Source: Burkholderiaceae bacterium (GTDB taxonomy: Bacteria; Pseudomonadota; Gammaproteobacteria; Burkholderiales; Burkholderiaceae_C). Taken from it: a stretch of 48,065 bases of DNA. The stretch spans positions 1 to 48,065 of the forward strand of contig JAIERT010000184.1 of the NCBI GenBank assembly GCA_019746735.1, read 5' to 3'. The notes beneath the pieces were generated by a model. That model saw only the letters and a list, made by a program, of their open reading frames with translations, did not search any database and was not told the origin of the DNA. Below are positions 18,611 to 28,920 of the stretch, one piece after another; position 1 is the first letter of the stretch; each line of letters begins with the position of its first letter. Both the position numbers and the translations under genes were made by a program.

Positions 18611-20159
18611 GCCACACGTGGTCGTCATCGGCGCCGGCATGGGCGGCCTGGCCAGCGCCCTGCGACTCGCGCACCATGGCTGCGAAGTCACGGTGCTCGA
18701 GTCCTCGGGCCAGATCGGCGGCAAGGTCCATGCCCGGGAGGTGGCCGGCGCCCTGATCGACAGCGGACCCACGGTGTTCACCATGCGCTGGGTCTTCGAT
18801 GAACTGCTGCGCGAGGTCGGCACGGATCTGGAGTCCGAGCTGACCATCGAGCCGCTGAGCATCCTGGCGCGGCACTTCTGGCCCGATGGCAGCGCGCTGG
18901 ACCTGCACGCCGACGCGCAGCGCAGCGAAGCGGCCATCGCCGACTGGGCCGGCCCCGACGAGGCCCTGCGTTTCCGCAAGTTCTGCGCCACCGCCCGCAA
19001 GGTGTACGACACGCTGGAAGGACCGGTCATCCGCTCGCCGCGGCCCAGCGTGCTGCCGCTGATCGCGCGGCTGGGCCCTGCCGGCCTGGGTGTGCTGACA
19101 GGCCTGGGCCCGATGCGCAGCCTGTGGCACAGCATGCAGCATCAGTTCAGGGACCCGCGCCTGCGCCAGCTCTTCGCGCGCTACTCGACCTACTGTGGCT
19201 CCTCACCCTGGCAGGCACCCGCCACCCTGATGCTGATCGCACAGGTGGAGATGAACGGCGTCTGGTCGGTCAAGGGCGGCATGACCGCCCTGTCGGCCAT
19301 GCTGTGGCGCCTGGCCCAGGCGCGCGGCGCACGCGTGCAGCTGCACAGCCGCTGCACGCGCATCCTGCAGCGCCAGGGCCGGGTCACCGGCGTGCAGCTG
19401 GAGAGCGGCGAGCAGCTGTGTGCCGACGCCGTGATCTTCAACGGCGACGTTTCGGCCCTGCGCGCCGGCCTGCTGTCCGACGAACTGCGCGCCGCGGTCC
19501 CGCGGGCGGCGCCGCCGCGCTCGCTCTCGGCGCTGACCTGGTCCCTACACGCGCCGGCCACGGGGGTGGCGCTGGATCGCCACAACGTCTTCTTCTGCGC
19601 CGACTACGCACGTGAGTTCGAGGACATCTTCGGTCGGCGGCGCATGCCCGAACAACCCACCATCTACGTCTGCGCGCAGGACCGGCCGGGAGCCGTCGCC
19701 GATGGCGCCGCCGAGCGGATTTTCTGCCTGGTCAACGCCCCGGCCATCGGCGACGACGAGACCCTCGATCAGAAAGGTATGGCGTCATGCGAATCGAACA
19801 GCTTTCAACACCTGCACCAGCTCGGCCTGAGGATCGCGATCACGCCGCAGAACTGCGTGCGCACGACGCCCTGGGAATTCCACCGGCGCTTTCCGTCCTC
19901 CGGCGGCAGCCTCTACGGCCAGGCGACCCACGGCTGGACCGCGATCTTCTCGCGCCCGGGGGCGGTCACGCCGCTGCAGGGCCTGTACCTGGCCGGGGGC
20001 AGCGTGCACCCAGGCCCCGGGGTGCCGATGGCGGCGATGTCCGGACGGCTGGCGGCCGAGGCCCTGCTGGCGAACCGCGCTTCGACCAGCGTGTTCCAGC
20101 GGACGGCTACCTCTGGTGGTATCTCGACGCCCTCAGCGACGATGGACAGCACGGCCTGA
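18603..20159 (+). CDS. crtD: 1-hydroxycarotenoid 3,4-desaturase
   Basis: FAD motif VIGAGMGGL, DSGPTVFTMRWVF, RYSTYCGSSP, GGSVHPGPGVPMAAMSG. Confidence 0.92.
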   Translation: MPKPHVVVIGAGMGGLASALRLAHHGCEVTVLESSGQIGGKVHAREVAGALIDSGPTVFTMRWVFDELLREVGTDLESELTIEPLSILARHFWPDGSALDLHADAQRSEAAIADWAGPDEALRFRKFCATARKVYDTLEGPVIRSPRPSVLPLIARLGPAGLGVLTGLGPMRSLWHSMQHQFRDPRLRQLFARYSTYCGSSPWQAPATLMLIAQVEMNGVWSVKGGMTALSAMLWRLAQARGARVQLHSRCTRILQRQGRVTGVQLESGEQLCADAVIFNGDVSALRAGLLSDELRAAVPRAAPPRSLSALTWSLHAPATGVALDRHNVFFCADYAREFEDIFGRRRMPEQPTIYVCAQDRPGAVADGAAERIFCLVNAPAIGDDETLDQKGMASCESNSFQHLHQLGLRIAITPQNCVRTTPWEFHRRFPSSGGSLYGQATHGWTAIFSRPGAVTPLQGLYLAGGSVHPGPGVPMAAMSGRLAAEALLANRASTSVFQRTATSGGISTPSATMDSTA

Positions 20160-20995
20160 CGCTGATCGCCTTCGTCGGCAGCGTGTTCTCCCCGTACTAC
20201 GCCTGGGCGCGACGCAGCGGCCCGGCCGATCCGGACAACCATTGCGCGCTCAACGTGGCCATCTACAGCCGCGGCGCCCACCGCTGGGCCATGACCGAGC
20301 GTGGCGCGGCCCACTGCGCGCGCGATGGCCGGCAGTTCACCATCGGCCCGAGTGCCATGGAATGGGATGGCAGCTGCCTGCGCATCCGCATCCGCGAACG
20401 GTCGGTGCCTTGGGGAAAGCTGATCGAAGGCGAGGTCCGGCTCTGGCCCGAGCAGCTGTTCGGTTTTTCGACGCCACTGGACGCCGCCGGGCGTCATCGC
20501 TGGGGTCCGCTGGCCCCCTCGGCCCGTGTCGAGGTCGACCTGCCGGCCCCGGGCCTGCGCTGGCAGGGCCAGGCCTACCTGGACTCCAACGAGGGCGACG
20601 AGCCGCTGGGCCAGGCCTTCCACACCTGGAACTGGTCGCGCGCGCGCATGCGCGACGACAGCACCCTGGTCTTCTACGACATGCAATGGCCTGGCCAGGA
20701 CGAGCGCCTGCTGTCCCTGCGCTTCACCCCCGAGGGCGAGGTGGAAACCATGCCCGGTGCACCCGCTCACACGCTGCGCCCCACGGGCTGGCGCATCACC
20801 GGGCGCATGCGCAGCGAGGGGCCGGTCAGACTGCAGGAGGAACTGGAAGACACGCCCTTCTACCAACGCTCGCTGCTCAGGTTCAGCTACGCGGGGGAGT
20901 CCTTGCTGGCCTTCCACGAAACCCTGTCCGTGCCACGCCTGGTCTCGCCCATTGTCCAGGCCATGCTGCCCTGGCGCATGCCGAGGCGGGGATAG
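19787..20995 (+). CDS. crtC: Carotenoid 1,2-hydratase (start uncertain; overlaps crtD)
   Basis: GYLWWYLDALSDDG, IAFVGSVFSPYY, WAMTERG, YLDSNEGDEP, EDTPFY, MLPWRMPR motifs. Confidence 0.9.
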   Translation: MRIEQLSTPAPARPEDRDHAAELRAHDALGIPPALSVLRRQPLRPGDPRLDRDLLAPGGGHAAAGPVPGRGQRAPRPRGADGGDVRTAGGRGPAGEPRFDQRVPADGYLWWYLDALSDDGQHGLTLIAFVGSVFSPYYAWARRSGPADPDNHCALNVAIYSRGAHRWAMTERGAAHCARDGRQFTIGPSAMEWDGSCLRIRIRERSVPWGKLIEGEVRLWPEQLFGFSTPLDAAGRHRWGPLAPSARVEVDLPAPGLRWQGQAYLDSNEGDEPLGQAFHTWNWSRARMRDDSTLVFYDMQWPGQDERLLSLRFTPEGEVETMPGAPAHTLRPTGWRITGRMRSEGPVRLQEELEDTPFYQRSLLRFSYAGESLLAFHETLSVPRLVSPIVQAMLPWRMPRRG

Positions 20996-21016
20996 CAGCG
21001 CAAGCCCCTTGCCAGT

Positions 21017-21041
21017 GGCAGCCGGGGCAGCCGGGGCAGCC
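21017..21041. repeat. Short 9-bp tandem repeat (GGCAGCCGG x2.8) in the crtC/crtB convergence gap
   Basis: GGCAGCCGG GGCAGCCGG GGCAGCC read directly. Confidence 0.6.
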
Positions 21042-21051
21042 AGCTGCAGGT

Positions 21052-22128
21052 TCAGGCGGTTGCCGAGGAACGTGTGGGCGCGTGTCCCTGGCGCCGTTCG
21101 TACTCACGGCGCTCCAGCAGGTCCATCACCCAGGCCACCCTTTGCGGCATGGCACGGTTGGGGAAGAAGACGCCAGCCAGTTCGCTGCTGACGCGCAGCT
21201 GCTGGCAGTCACGCACCAGGTGATCGATGGCGGCCAGCGGCGTGGGGACCACCAGGGGGGTGCGGATCCAGGGGGCCTGGGCCCAGGCGGCCGCCAGCAG
21301 CACCAGCTTGCGGGCGGAGCTGACCACCGTGCGGTGCTGCACGGAGTCCAGGCCTTCGCGGCGCAGCTGGCTGCCGATTTCCCAGTAGATCAGGGTGGCG
21401 GAAAGGATGGCCGCGCGGCAATCGGGGGGCAGCGCGGCAATGCCAAACTGGGATTGGCGATAGAGGCGGTCGGCCTCGTCGAGCAGGCGCGCGACGACGG
21501 TTTTCAAGGCCGGCGTGCAGACCGGCTGCTGCAGCCAGGCCTGGGGATCAATGCCCGCCTCGCGCAGCCAGTCGCGGGGCAGGTAGATGCGCTGCAGGGC
21601 GGCATCGGCCCCCACGTCGCGGGCAATGTTGGTGAGCTGCATGGCCACGCCCAGCTCGCAGGCGCGCGCCAGCGTGTCCACGCTCTGCGGGCCCATGATC
21701 CAGCACATCATGGCGCCCACGCTGCCGGCGACCCGGGAGGCATAGGCCTGCACGTCCTCCAGGCTCTCGTAGGTCCGCCCTGCGGCATCCCAGGCAAAGC
21801 CTTCGATCAGCGCATCGAGCAGATGGCGCGGCAGCTGGTACTGCTGCACGACCATGCTCAGCGCGTGATCCTCGACATAGTCCTGCGGCGTTCCGGCATA
21901 GATCTGGTCCAGACGCTCCCTGAGCCTGTCCACCGGAGCGTCGCCGGGCGCGGCCTCGTCGACCAGGTCGTCCGCCACGCGGCAGAACGCGTACAGGGCA
22001 ATCGAGGCCTTGCGGATGCGCAGCGGCAGCAATCGGCTGGCGGCAAAGAAGGTCTTGGAGCCCCCCTGCATCATGGTGGCGCAGGCTTGCAGGCCGTCGC
22101 TGCCCTGGGAGGCTTCAGGCATGGACAT
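21052..22128 (-). CDS. crtB: Phytoene synthase
   Basis: GSKTFFAAS, LYAFCRVADDLVD, LGVAMQLTNIARDVG, RIYLP. Confidence 0.95.
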   Translation of the reverse strand: MSMPEASQGSDGLQACATMMQGGSKTFFAASRLLPLRIRKASIALYAFCRVADDLVDEAAPGDAPVDRLRERLDQIYAGTPQDYVEDHALSMVVQQYQLPRHLLDALIEGFAWDAAGRTYESLEDVQAYASRVAGSVGAMMCWIMGPQSVDTLARACELGVAMQLTNIARDVGADAALQRIYLPRDWLREAGIDPQAWLQQPVCTPALKTVVARLLDEADRLYRQSQFGIAALPPDCRAAILSATLIYWEIGSQLRREGLDSVQHRTVVSSARKLVLLAAAWAQAPWIRTPLVVPTPLAAIDHLVRDCQQLRVSSELAGVFFPNRAMPQRVAWVMDLLERREYERRQGHAPTRSSATA

Positions 22129-23668
22129 GGGCGATCACCGAATCCAGCGCCTTGGCCGACATCAGCACACCGGGCACACCGGCGCCCGGGTGGGTGCCGG
22201 CCCCGACCATGTAGAGGCCGGGCACATCCTCGCTGCGGTTGTGCGGCCGGAACCAGGCGCTTTGCGTCATCACGGGCTCCAGGCCAAACCCGGCCCCCTT
22301 GTAGGACCAGAGCCGGTCGTGGAAATCCTGCGGGGTACTGACCTTGGACGTCACGATGGACCCACGCAAGCCCGGCAGCACGCTGTTCTCCAGCACCTCG
22401 GCAATCGCCGCGCGGTAGGTCTCGGCGTAGCCCGCCCAATCCGTGCCGCTGTCCAGATTCGGCACCGGCGACAGGGCGTAGAAGGTGTCGCAACCGGCCG
22501 GCGCCATGGACGGGTCGGTGGCCGTGGGGCGATGCAGATAGAGGCTGAAATCCTGGGCCAGCTTGTGGCGCTTGAAGATGTCGGTCAGCAGCGCCTTGTA
22601 GCGCGGGCCCAGCACCATCATGTGGTGCGGCACCTCGGCATACTGGCGCGAGGTTCCGAAGTACCAGACGAAGAGGCCCATGGAATACTTGCCGCGCTCG
22701 ATGCGCGCATCGGTCCAGTGTCGGCGGTGCTCGCGCGCCACCAGATGCTTGTAGGTCCAGGCCGTGTCGGCATTGCTGACCACGATGTCGGCGGCGATGA
22801 ACTCGCCACTGTCGAGCTCGACACCGCAGGCGCGGCCGTTCTCGATGCGGATCCGGGTCACCGGCGCGTTCAGGCGCAGCTGGACGCCACGCGTCTGCAG
22901 CAGGCCCACCAGGCCACGCACGATGGCGCCGGTGCCACCCATGGCCGAATGCACGCCCCAGGTCCGCTCCAGCGAATTGATGAGCGCGTAGGCCGAGGTG
23001 ACCGAGAAAGGGTTGCCGCCGATCAGCAGGGGATGGAAGCTCATGACCACCCGCAGCTTCTCGTTCTTCATGTACTTGGCCACCAGGCTGTGGATGCTGC
23101 GCCAGGCTTTCATCTTGACGAAGAAGGGGATGGCCTTGAGCAGATCGCTGGGCTTGTCGAAGGCCTTGGAGCCCAGGCCTTCGAAGCCCAGGTCGCGGCA
23201 CAGATCGGCGTCCTTGACGAACTTGCGGTAGCCCGCGACATCCGCAGGCGAGAAACGCGCGACCTCGGCCTCCATCTGCGCATCGTCGCCGCTGTAGTCG
23301 AACGAGCTACCGTCGGCAAAACGGATGCGGTAGAACGGGTCCATGGGCACCAGGGTCACGTCGTCGGCAAAACGCTTGCCGCACAGGGCCCACAGCTCTT
23401 CGAGCAGAAAGGGCGCGGTGATGATGGTGGGGCCGGCGTCGAAGGTGAAGCCGTCCTGGTGGTGGACATAGGCGCGTCCGCCCGGGGCGTCCAGCTTCTC
23501 CAGCACCTTGACCTGGTAGCCCTTGACGCTGAGGCGGATGGCGGCGGCCAGGCCGCCGAAGCCGCTGCCGATGACCACCGCAATGGGTCGGGCCGGGATG
23601 CTGCCCGACGCCAGACCGACGGGTCCCCGCGTCGGCGTGCTGAAACCATCGGAGGTGTAGGCGTTCAT
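22115..23668 (-). CDS. crtI: Phytoene desaturase
   Basis: VIGSGFGGLAAAIRL, GFTFDAGPTIITAP, QSAWFRPHNRSE, GAGTHPGAGVPGV; start at ATG overlapping puhE stop. Confidence 0.95.
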   Translation of the reverse strand: MNAYTSDGFSTPTRGPVGLASGSIPARPIAVVIGSGFGGLAAAIRLSVKGYQVKVLEKLDAPGGRAYVHHQDGFTFDAGPTIITAPFLLEELWALCGKRFADDVTLVPMDPFYRIRFADGSSFDYSGDDAQMEAEVARFSPADVAGYRKFVKDADLCRDLGFEGLGSKAFDKPSDLLKAIPFFVKMKAWRSIHSLVAKYMKNEKLRVVMSFHPLLIGGNPFSVTSAYALINSLERTWGVHSAMGGTGAIVRGLVGLLQTRGVQLRLNAPVTRIRIENGRACGVELDSGEFIAADIVVSNADTAWTYKHLVAREHRRHWTDARIERGKYSMGLFVWYFGTSRQYAEVPHHMMVLGPRYKALLTDIFKRHKLAQDFSLYLHRPTATDPSMAPAGCDTFYALSPVPNLDSGTDWAGYAETYRAAIAEVLENSVLPGLRGSIVTSKVSTPQDFHDRLWSYKGAGFGLEPVMTQSAWFRPHNRSEDVPGLYMVGAGTHPGAGVPGVLMSAKALDSVIAHVHA

Positions 23669-24468
23669 GCGTGCTTTCCAGGCGGTGCCGGCGGATTCAG
23701 GACCGGTTCGACGGCGCGCGCGGCCATGGCCCAGCCCCACAGCCGCTCCAGCGGCCAGGGCAGGACCATGATGACGTGCTCCACGATGGCCAGCCCCAGC
23801 AGGGTGGCCAGCATGACCCAGCCCGTGGTGATGGCCACGGCACCCTGCTGCGCCAGCCAGACCAGCCAGACCCAGGTACCGATCGCGGCGCTCAGGGACA
23901 GGACGAACCAGGGCGTGACCGCGCGCTGGCGAAAGTAGCTGCCGAGGTAGGACAGATGCGGCGGCAGGTATTGCGCGCCGGTTTGCGGCACGCCGAAGAA
24001 CAGGTTCAGCTTGGCCGACAGGCGCATGAACCACAGCAGGGCGTAGGTGCAGATCGCCACATGGTTAGGCTGCTCGGCCTGCATCCACCACAGCAGCGCG
24101 AAATTGGCGACCAGGGCCAGCTCGTGGTACAGCATGACCTGCACCGACTCCGCGAAGCGCCGCGCGCCGGTGGCCCCCGGAGTCAGGGCGGTCTTGCGCG
24201 GGCCGGTGATCCAGCCGGTCAGGAAGGCCAGCTCATGCCAGCCCCACATGACAATGACACTGCCGAAGGCCAGGTAGGCGTTGAACACGCTGACCTCGCG
24301 CATGCTCCAGGCCACGCCGGCAAAGCTCAGGGCCAGCAGCACCGTCCAGCCCGCGAGACTGCGGCTGAAGGTGTGCGCGGGCCGCCGATCGAGCCACAGG
24401 ATCACGCCCGTGCCGAACCACCAGCACCCTGCCGTGAACAGGCAGGCCCAGATGACCTCCATCACCAT
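23665..24468 (-). CDS. puhE: Photosynthetic complex assembly protein PuhE
   Basis: [47 protein letters not shown]; follows acsF. Confidence 0.88.
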   Translation of the reverse strand: MVMEVIWACLFTAGCWWFGTGVILWLDRRPAHTFSRSLAGWTVLLALSFAGVAWSMREVSVFNAYLAFGSVIVMWGWHELAFLTGWITGPRKTALTPGATGARRFAESVQVMLYHELALVANFALLWWMQAEQPNHVAICTYALLWFMRLSAKLNLFFGVPQTGAQYLPPHLSYLGSYFRQRAVTPWFVLSLSAAIGTWVWLVWLAQQGAVAITTGWVMLATLLGLAIVEHVIMVLPWPLERLWGWAMAARAVEPVLNPPAPPGKHA

Positions 24469-25544
24469 GCGGGCTCCATGCGGACCTGGGGTGAGATCTC
24501 CTGCTCGATGACCGGCAGGAAGTACAGGCCGGCGAAGGCGAACAGGGCCTGGCCCGCGCACAGCCCCTGCTTGAGCTTGCCGATCAGGCCGCCCCGGGCC
24601 TTGGCTTGTTCCATCGCCTGCGAGATGGCGAACAGACGCTCCAGGCCGCGGCGGAATTTCGGGTTGTCCGTGTCCAGCGCCAGCGGAAAGACCTGCCGCG
24701 TGATGGCGTTGGTGATGCGGAACACCTCGTAGTCATATTCGCTGGACTCCAGGCCCATGGCCTCGTGCAGCATGGGCCGCGTGTGGTCACGCACGTACAT
24801 GGTGGCGTAGACGGCCAGCAGGAAGAAGCGGATCCACAGGGTGTTGGCACCGCGCAGCAACTGCGGGTTGGCGCGCATGATCAGGGCAAAGGATTCGCCG
24901 TGGCGGAATTCGTCGTTGCACCAGCGCTCGAACCAGCGAAAGATGGGATGGAAACGCTTCTCCGGGTGCTTCTCGAGCTGGCGGAAGATGGTGATGTAGC
25001 GCGCGTAGCCGATCTTCTCGGAGAGGTAGGTCGCGTAGTAGATGTACTTGGGCTTGAAGAAGGTGACCTTCTTGGTGCGCTTGAGATTGCCCAGGTCGAT
25101 GCCCAGGTCGAAGTCGCGCAGCGACTGGTTGATGAAGCCGGCGTGGCGCGATTCGTCGCGCGTCAGGTAGGTCATCAGCTGCTTGATGTCGGGGTTGCTG
25201 ACGTTCTTGCGGATCTCGTTGTAGAGCACACAGCCGGAGAACTCCGAAGTCAGCGAGCTCACCAGGAAATCCAGGAACTCCTGTCGCATCTCGGGAGACA
25301 GGCTGGCCATGCCATCGCGCATCTCGCCGGCAAAGGCCTCGTCACGCTGGAAGTGGTCGTGGTTGTTGTCGCCCTCGTACTCGGCCATCATCCGGTCCCA
25401 CTCGGCGCGCACCGGCTCGACGCTGATGCGATCCATGGCCGCGAAGTCGGTGGTGTAGAAGCGAGGGCTGATCATGTCGCTGTGCACGGCTTTGCGGTTG
25501 GCGTCGTCAGCGCTCTGGATCGATGTGGCGGTGCTTGCATTCAT
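24462..25544 (-). CDS. acsF: Aerobic Mg-protoporphyrin IX monomethyl ester oxidative cyclase
   Basis: SPRFYTTDF, di-iron motifs [15 protein letters not shown] and [16 protein letters not shown]. Confidence 0.96.
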   Translation of the reverse strand: MNASTATSIQSADDANRKAVHSDMISPRFYTTDFAAMDRISVEPVRAEWDRMMAEYEGDNNHDHFQRDEAFAGEMRDGMASLSPEMRQEFLDFLVSSLTSEFSGCVLYNEIRKNVSNPDIKQLMTYLTRDESRHAGFINQSLRDFDLGIDLGNLKRTKKVTFFKPKYIYYATYLSEKIGYARYITIFRQLEKHPEKRFHPIFRWFERWCNDEFRHGESFALIMRANPQLLRGANTLWIRFFLLAVYATMYVRDHTRPMLHEAMGLESSEYDYEVFRITNAITRQVFPLALDTDNPKFRRGLERLFAISQAMEQAKARGGLIGKLKQGLCAGQALFAFAGLYFLPVIEQEISPQVRMEPAW

Positions 25545-25560
25545 GGTGGCTTCCTGGGCG

Positions 25561-26031
25561 TCAGCGGGTGGAGGGTTCGATGCCGGCCTGGCGCAAGCCG
25601 GCAAAGACGGCCACGTTGGTCGGGCCGAAGGCTTCAAGGTCGATGCGCTGCCGGGTGGCGGGATCGAGCAGGGTCAGGCGGCCATCGCTGCGGCCGATCA
25701 GCAGCAGGGGCGCCTGCGCGCCGATGCCGGCACGCTTGCGTTCCCGCACCAGCGCGCGCAGGGTGCTGCGCAGAAAGCCCTGCTCGCCTTGGAAGCTGGC
25801 GATCTGGGCACCGGTCTGTGCGTCGAGGGCCAGGACCTCACCGGTCGGGCCGTCCCGGAAATGGAGCTCGCGCTGCCAGAGCGTCCCGGCATCCGGCTGG
25901 TGCGTGGTGACGCCCTGCCAACGGGCCCAGCCCACCAGCAGCAGCACGAGCAGCAGCAGGCTGCCCAGCAGCCTGACGGCTGCCGGCAGGGTCTGCACCG
26001 GCACGGCGCGGGGGGCGGTGCTCGTGTTCAT
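25561..26031 (-). CDS. puhC: Photosynthetic complex assembly protein PuhC
   Basis: N-terminal [36 protein letters not shown]. Confidence 0.9.
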   Translation of the reverse strand: MNTSTAPRAVPVQTLPAAVRLLGSLLLLVLLLVGWARWQGVTTHQPDAGTLWQRELHFRDGPTGEVLALDAQTGAQIASFQGEQGFLRSTLRALVRERKRAGIGAQAPLLLIGRSDGRLTLLDPATRQRIDLEAFGPTNVAVFAGLRQAGIEPSTR

Positions 26032-26702
26032 GCCAGCACGCCGTCAGTGTTGTGGGGCACGTGCTCGTCACGCGGTCGGCCCGTCACGATGGACTCGCCC
26101 TGGTGGCTCTCGCGCCAGACCTTGAGCAGCAGCTCGCCCACGGCCTGACCATCGGGCAGGCAGCGCAGCGTGGGCTGCGGATGCCGGACATGCCAGGCGC
26201 GCTGGTGCGGCCAGAGGTGGAACCAGCCGATGTGGTCGTCCGGATAGAGCTGCAGCGCGATGTCGGTGCTGTCGTCACCGTAATGCCGGCTGGAGGCACC
26301 GGCGATGCGGCGGAACGGCAGGTTGAAGGTGACGGTCAGCACGATGCCGATGCGCATGACGACGCGCTTGCTGGTCACGGTGTAGAGCGACGAGCGGGCG
26401 GCGAACCAGGCGCACAGCGTGAGCAGGCCCAGCGCCAGCGTGGCCAGTGCACCGCTGACGACCAGGGGACGCCAGAGATCGCCGCCGCTGTGGCCGCTGC
26501 CGATCAGCTGCGCGGTCTGCACCGACAGCATGATGGCGAAGTAGATGCCGACCTTGCGCAGATGGAAGGCGTGCAGGGCCAGTTGGCGCCAGTCGGGTGA
26601 GCCCTGCCACAGCAGGGTCTCGCCGGCCGGCAGGGCGGCCGGCAGGCCCGGGGCGGCCTCCCACTCGTGCTCGTGGGTCGGCTGGACGGTGGTGGCCTTC
26701 AC
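26028..26702 (-). CDS. puhB: Photosynthetic complex assembly protein PuhB
   Basis: HEHEWEAAPGLP..LPAGETLLWQGSP, YTVTSKRVVMRIG, HLWPH, PTLRCL; GTGA overlap with puhA stop. Confidence 0.9.
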   Translation of the reverse strand: MKATTVQPTHEHEWEAAPGLPAALPAGETLLWQGSPDWRQLALHAFHLRKVGIYFAIMLSVQTAQLIGSGHSGGDLWRPLVVSGALATLALGLLTLCAWFAARSSLYTVTSKRVVMRIGIVLTVTFNLPFRRIAGASSRHYGDDSTDIALQLYPDDHIGWFHLWPHQRAWHVRHPQPTLRCLPDGQAVGELLLKVWRESHQGESIVTGRPRDEHVPHNTDGVLA

Positions 26703-27463
26703 AGCAGCGGCTCCTGGCGATCCGGCGTCGCGTACAGGGTGCCGGCGCCATAGTAGGCGGTGATCTTCTCTTCCTCGAGCAGGGTCACCTGCTCGGGCGA
26801 GCGGGTCCGCGGCACGTCGGCGAACTGTGCCGAGAGCAGCGCGTGGACATGGACGCCATCGCGCTTGACACGCGAGAAGGTCATGGGCAGCAGCACGCGC
26901 TGACCGGAGCCTGCGAGTTCCACCTCGAGGTAGCGGAACAGCATTTCCATGCGGTCGATCCAGAGATCGACCACCTTGCCGGCCACCTGATGATCGGCAC
27001 CGCGCACCGGCAGTCCGCGCGGATCGGTGTCCCTGGCCGCGACGCCATGCGCCGGGGCGACCCGCAGCGGAACGATCTTGGGCTGCCCGTGGAGATCGGC
27101 ATCGGGGACATCGGCGCGCATGGCCCAGGCCCCCGGCCCGACACCCGCGAGCAGCGGATTGCCGACCGGCTCCAGCGGCGCGCCGTTCCATTTGTGGACC
27201 GGTGTGCCCTGGTACTCACCGTCGGGACGGTTGAGATCAGGCGAGAGGTGCACGTGGCCGTCCGCGGTCTTGAAGGTCGCGGGGGCCGGCACGGGTGGCC
27301 AGCCCTCCACCTTGGGACCGTCCGGTCGACCCGGATCCATGGGATAGCCCTCGCGGTGGTTCTCGCGTACGAGGTAGTAGATCAGCCCAGCGAAGAACAC
27401 CCAGAACATGTAGAGGACGATCTGGGCGACGTCCACGTACTGGGTAATGGCTCCTGTTTCCAT
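26699..27463 (-). CDS. puhA: Photosynthetic reaction centre H subunit
   Basis: METGAITQYVDVAQIVLY, REGYP, GVGPGAWA, DPRGLPV, VTLLEEEKITAYYGAG; AAGGAG RBS. Confidence 0.96.
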   Translation of the reverse strand: METGAITQYVDVAQIVLYMFWVFFAGLIYYLVRENHREGYPMDPGRPDGPKVEGWPPVPAPATFKTADGHVHLSPDLNRPDGEYQGTPVHKWNGAPLEPVGNPLLAGVGPGAWAMRADVPDADLHGQPKIVPLRVAPAHGVAARDTDPRGLPVRGADHQVAGKVVDLWIDRMEMLFRYLEVELAGSGQRVLLPMTFSRVKRDGVHVHALLSAQFADVPRTRSPEQVTLLEEEKITAYYGAGTLYATPDRQEPLL

Positions 27464-27495
27464 AGGTCAGCTCCTTGGTAAATGCATCAACCCGA

Positions 27496-28920
27496 TCAAC
27501 CCGGTAACTCGGCCAGGCCAAGTCTCACCATGGCCTGGGGTTTCTCCTTGCGGCTGCTGCGCAACAGCGGCCCCAGGGCGATCAACACCACGAACAGGAG
27601 ATAGATCTCCAGGTGGTACACAAAGCTGTAGCCGGTGACCGGGGTGTTGAGCACCTCGCCCAGGCGGCCGGACAAGGCCAGGCCGGACACCGCGTCACGC
27701 AGCGCTCCGCCGAGGGCCATGGCCACACCGGTGGCCGTGGCCTGCACGGCACCCCAGGCACCCAGCACCAGTCCGCTGAGGCGGGGGTTCGAGAAAGACA
27801 TGGCCGTCACCAGCATGCCGACCGAGAACAGGCCCGAACCGAAGCCGATTAGGAACACCCCGGTGCGGAACAGCGGGATGGACGCCAGGGGGGCGGCAAA
27901 GATCACCATCGCGAAGGCGGGCAGGCCCAGCAGCACGCCGAGGCTGGCGAGGCGGCAGGCATGCCAGCCCGATGCGAGCCAGCGCGAGGACAGAGCAAAG
28001 GCCAGCATGGAGCCGCCCGCGCCCAGGGCCGTGAGGCTGCTGGTCTCGCCCACCCCCAGGCCCAGGATCTCGGCCCCATAGGGCTCGAGCACGATGTCCT
28101 GCATGCTGAAGGCCAGCGAGCCGAGGGCCACGGTCCAGAGGAAGCGGCGCATGCGCGGCAGCGCCATCAGCTCGCGCCAGCTGGCGCTGAAGCCGCCGAC
28201 AGCGCGCGCGCCGCGCTTGCCCTGGCGGGCCTCCTGCTTCCACATCGAGACCAGGTTGACCACGGCCACGAACACCGCCGCGCCCTGGATCACCTGGATC
28301 AGCCGCTTGGGGCTGAAGTCGGCCAGCAGCAGACCGAAGATCACGCTGCTGCCGATCATGCCCAGCAGCAGCATGCTGTAGAGCAGGGCCACCACGCGCG
28401 GGCGCTTGTCTTCGGTGGCCAGGTCATTGGCCAGGGCGATGCCGGCCGTCTGCGTGACCTGCAGGCCGGCTCCAATGAGGACGAAGGCCAGGCCGGCCCC
28501 GAGCTGACCCGCCCACACCGTCTTCTCGGCGGCCTCGGACAACAGCAGCAGGGAGAAAGGCATCATCGCCAGACCGCCGAACAGCAAGAGGGTGCCGGTC
28601 CAGAGGTAGGGGATGCGGCGCAGGCCCAGCGCGGAGGGGTGCGTGTCGCTGCGATACCCGATCAGGGCCCGCAGCGGTGCGAACACCATCGGAATCGCCA
28701 CCGCCAGCGCCACCCACCAGGTCGGCACCTGCAGCTCGACGATCATGACCCGGTTGAGGGTGCCCACCATCAGCGCCACCACCATGCCGATCACCACCTG
28801 GAACAGCGACAGGCGCAGCAGGCGCGCCATCGGCAGCTCGGGCGAGGCCGCGTCGGCAAACGGCATGAAGCGCGTGCCGTAGGCGGTCAGCCAGCGGGGC
28901 ATGGGCAGGCGCAGCTTCAT
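27496..28920 (-). CDS. lhaA: LH1 assembly protein LhaA (PucC/BCD-family MFS)
   Basis: PFADAAS.ELP..RLLRLSLFQV, GTLNRVMIVEL, QDIVLEPYG, GAWGAVQATA; bchM-lhaA-puhA order. Confidence 0.9.
   Translation of the reverse strand: MKLRLPMPRWLTAYGTRFMPFADAASPELPMARLLRLSLFQVVIGMVVALMVGTLNRVMIVELQVPTWWVALAVAIPMVFAPLRALIGYRSDTHPSALGLRRIPYLWTGTLLLFGGLAMMPFSLLLLSEAAEKTVWAGQLGAGLAFVLIGAGLQVTQTAGIALANDLATEDKRPRVVALLYSMLLLGMIGSSVIFGLLLADFSPKRLIQVIQGAAVFVAVVNLVSMWKQEARQGKRGARAVGGFSASWRELMALPRMRRFLWTVALGSLAFSMQDIVLEPYGAEILGLGVGETSSLTALGAGGSMLAFALSSRWLASGWHACRLASLGVLLGLPAFAMVIFAAPLASIPLFRTGVFLIGFGSGLFSVGMLVTAMSFSNPRLSGLVLGAWGAVQATATGVAMALGGALRDAVSGLALSGRLGEVLNTPVTGYSFVYHLEIYLLFVVLIALGPLLRSSRKEKPQAMVRLGLAELPG

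Noticed and set aside
27486-27503. Direct repeat ATCAACCCG x2 upstream of puhA
   Set aside because: Two short copies, one within the lhaA stop region; could be chance.
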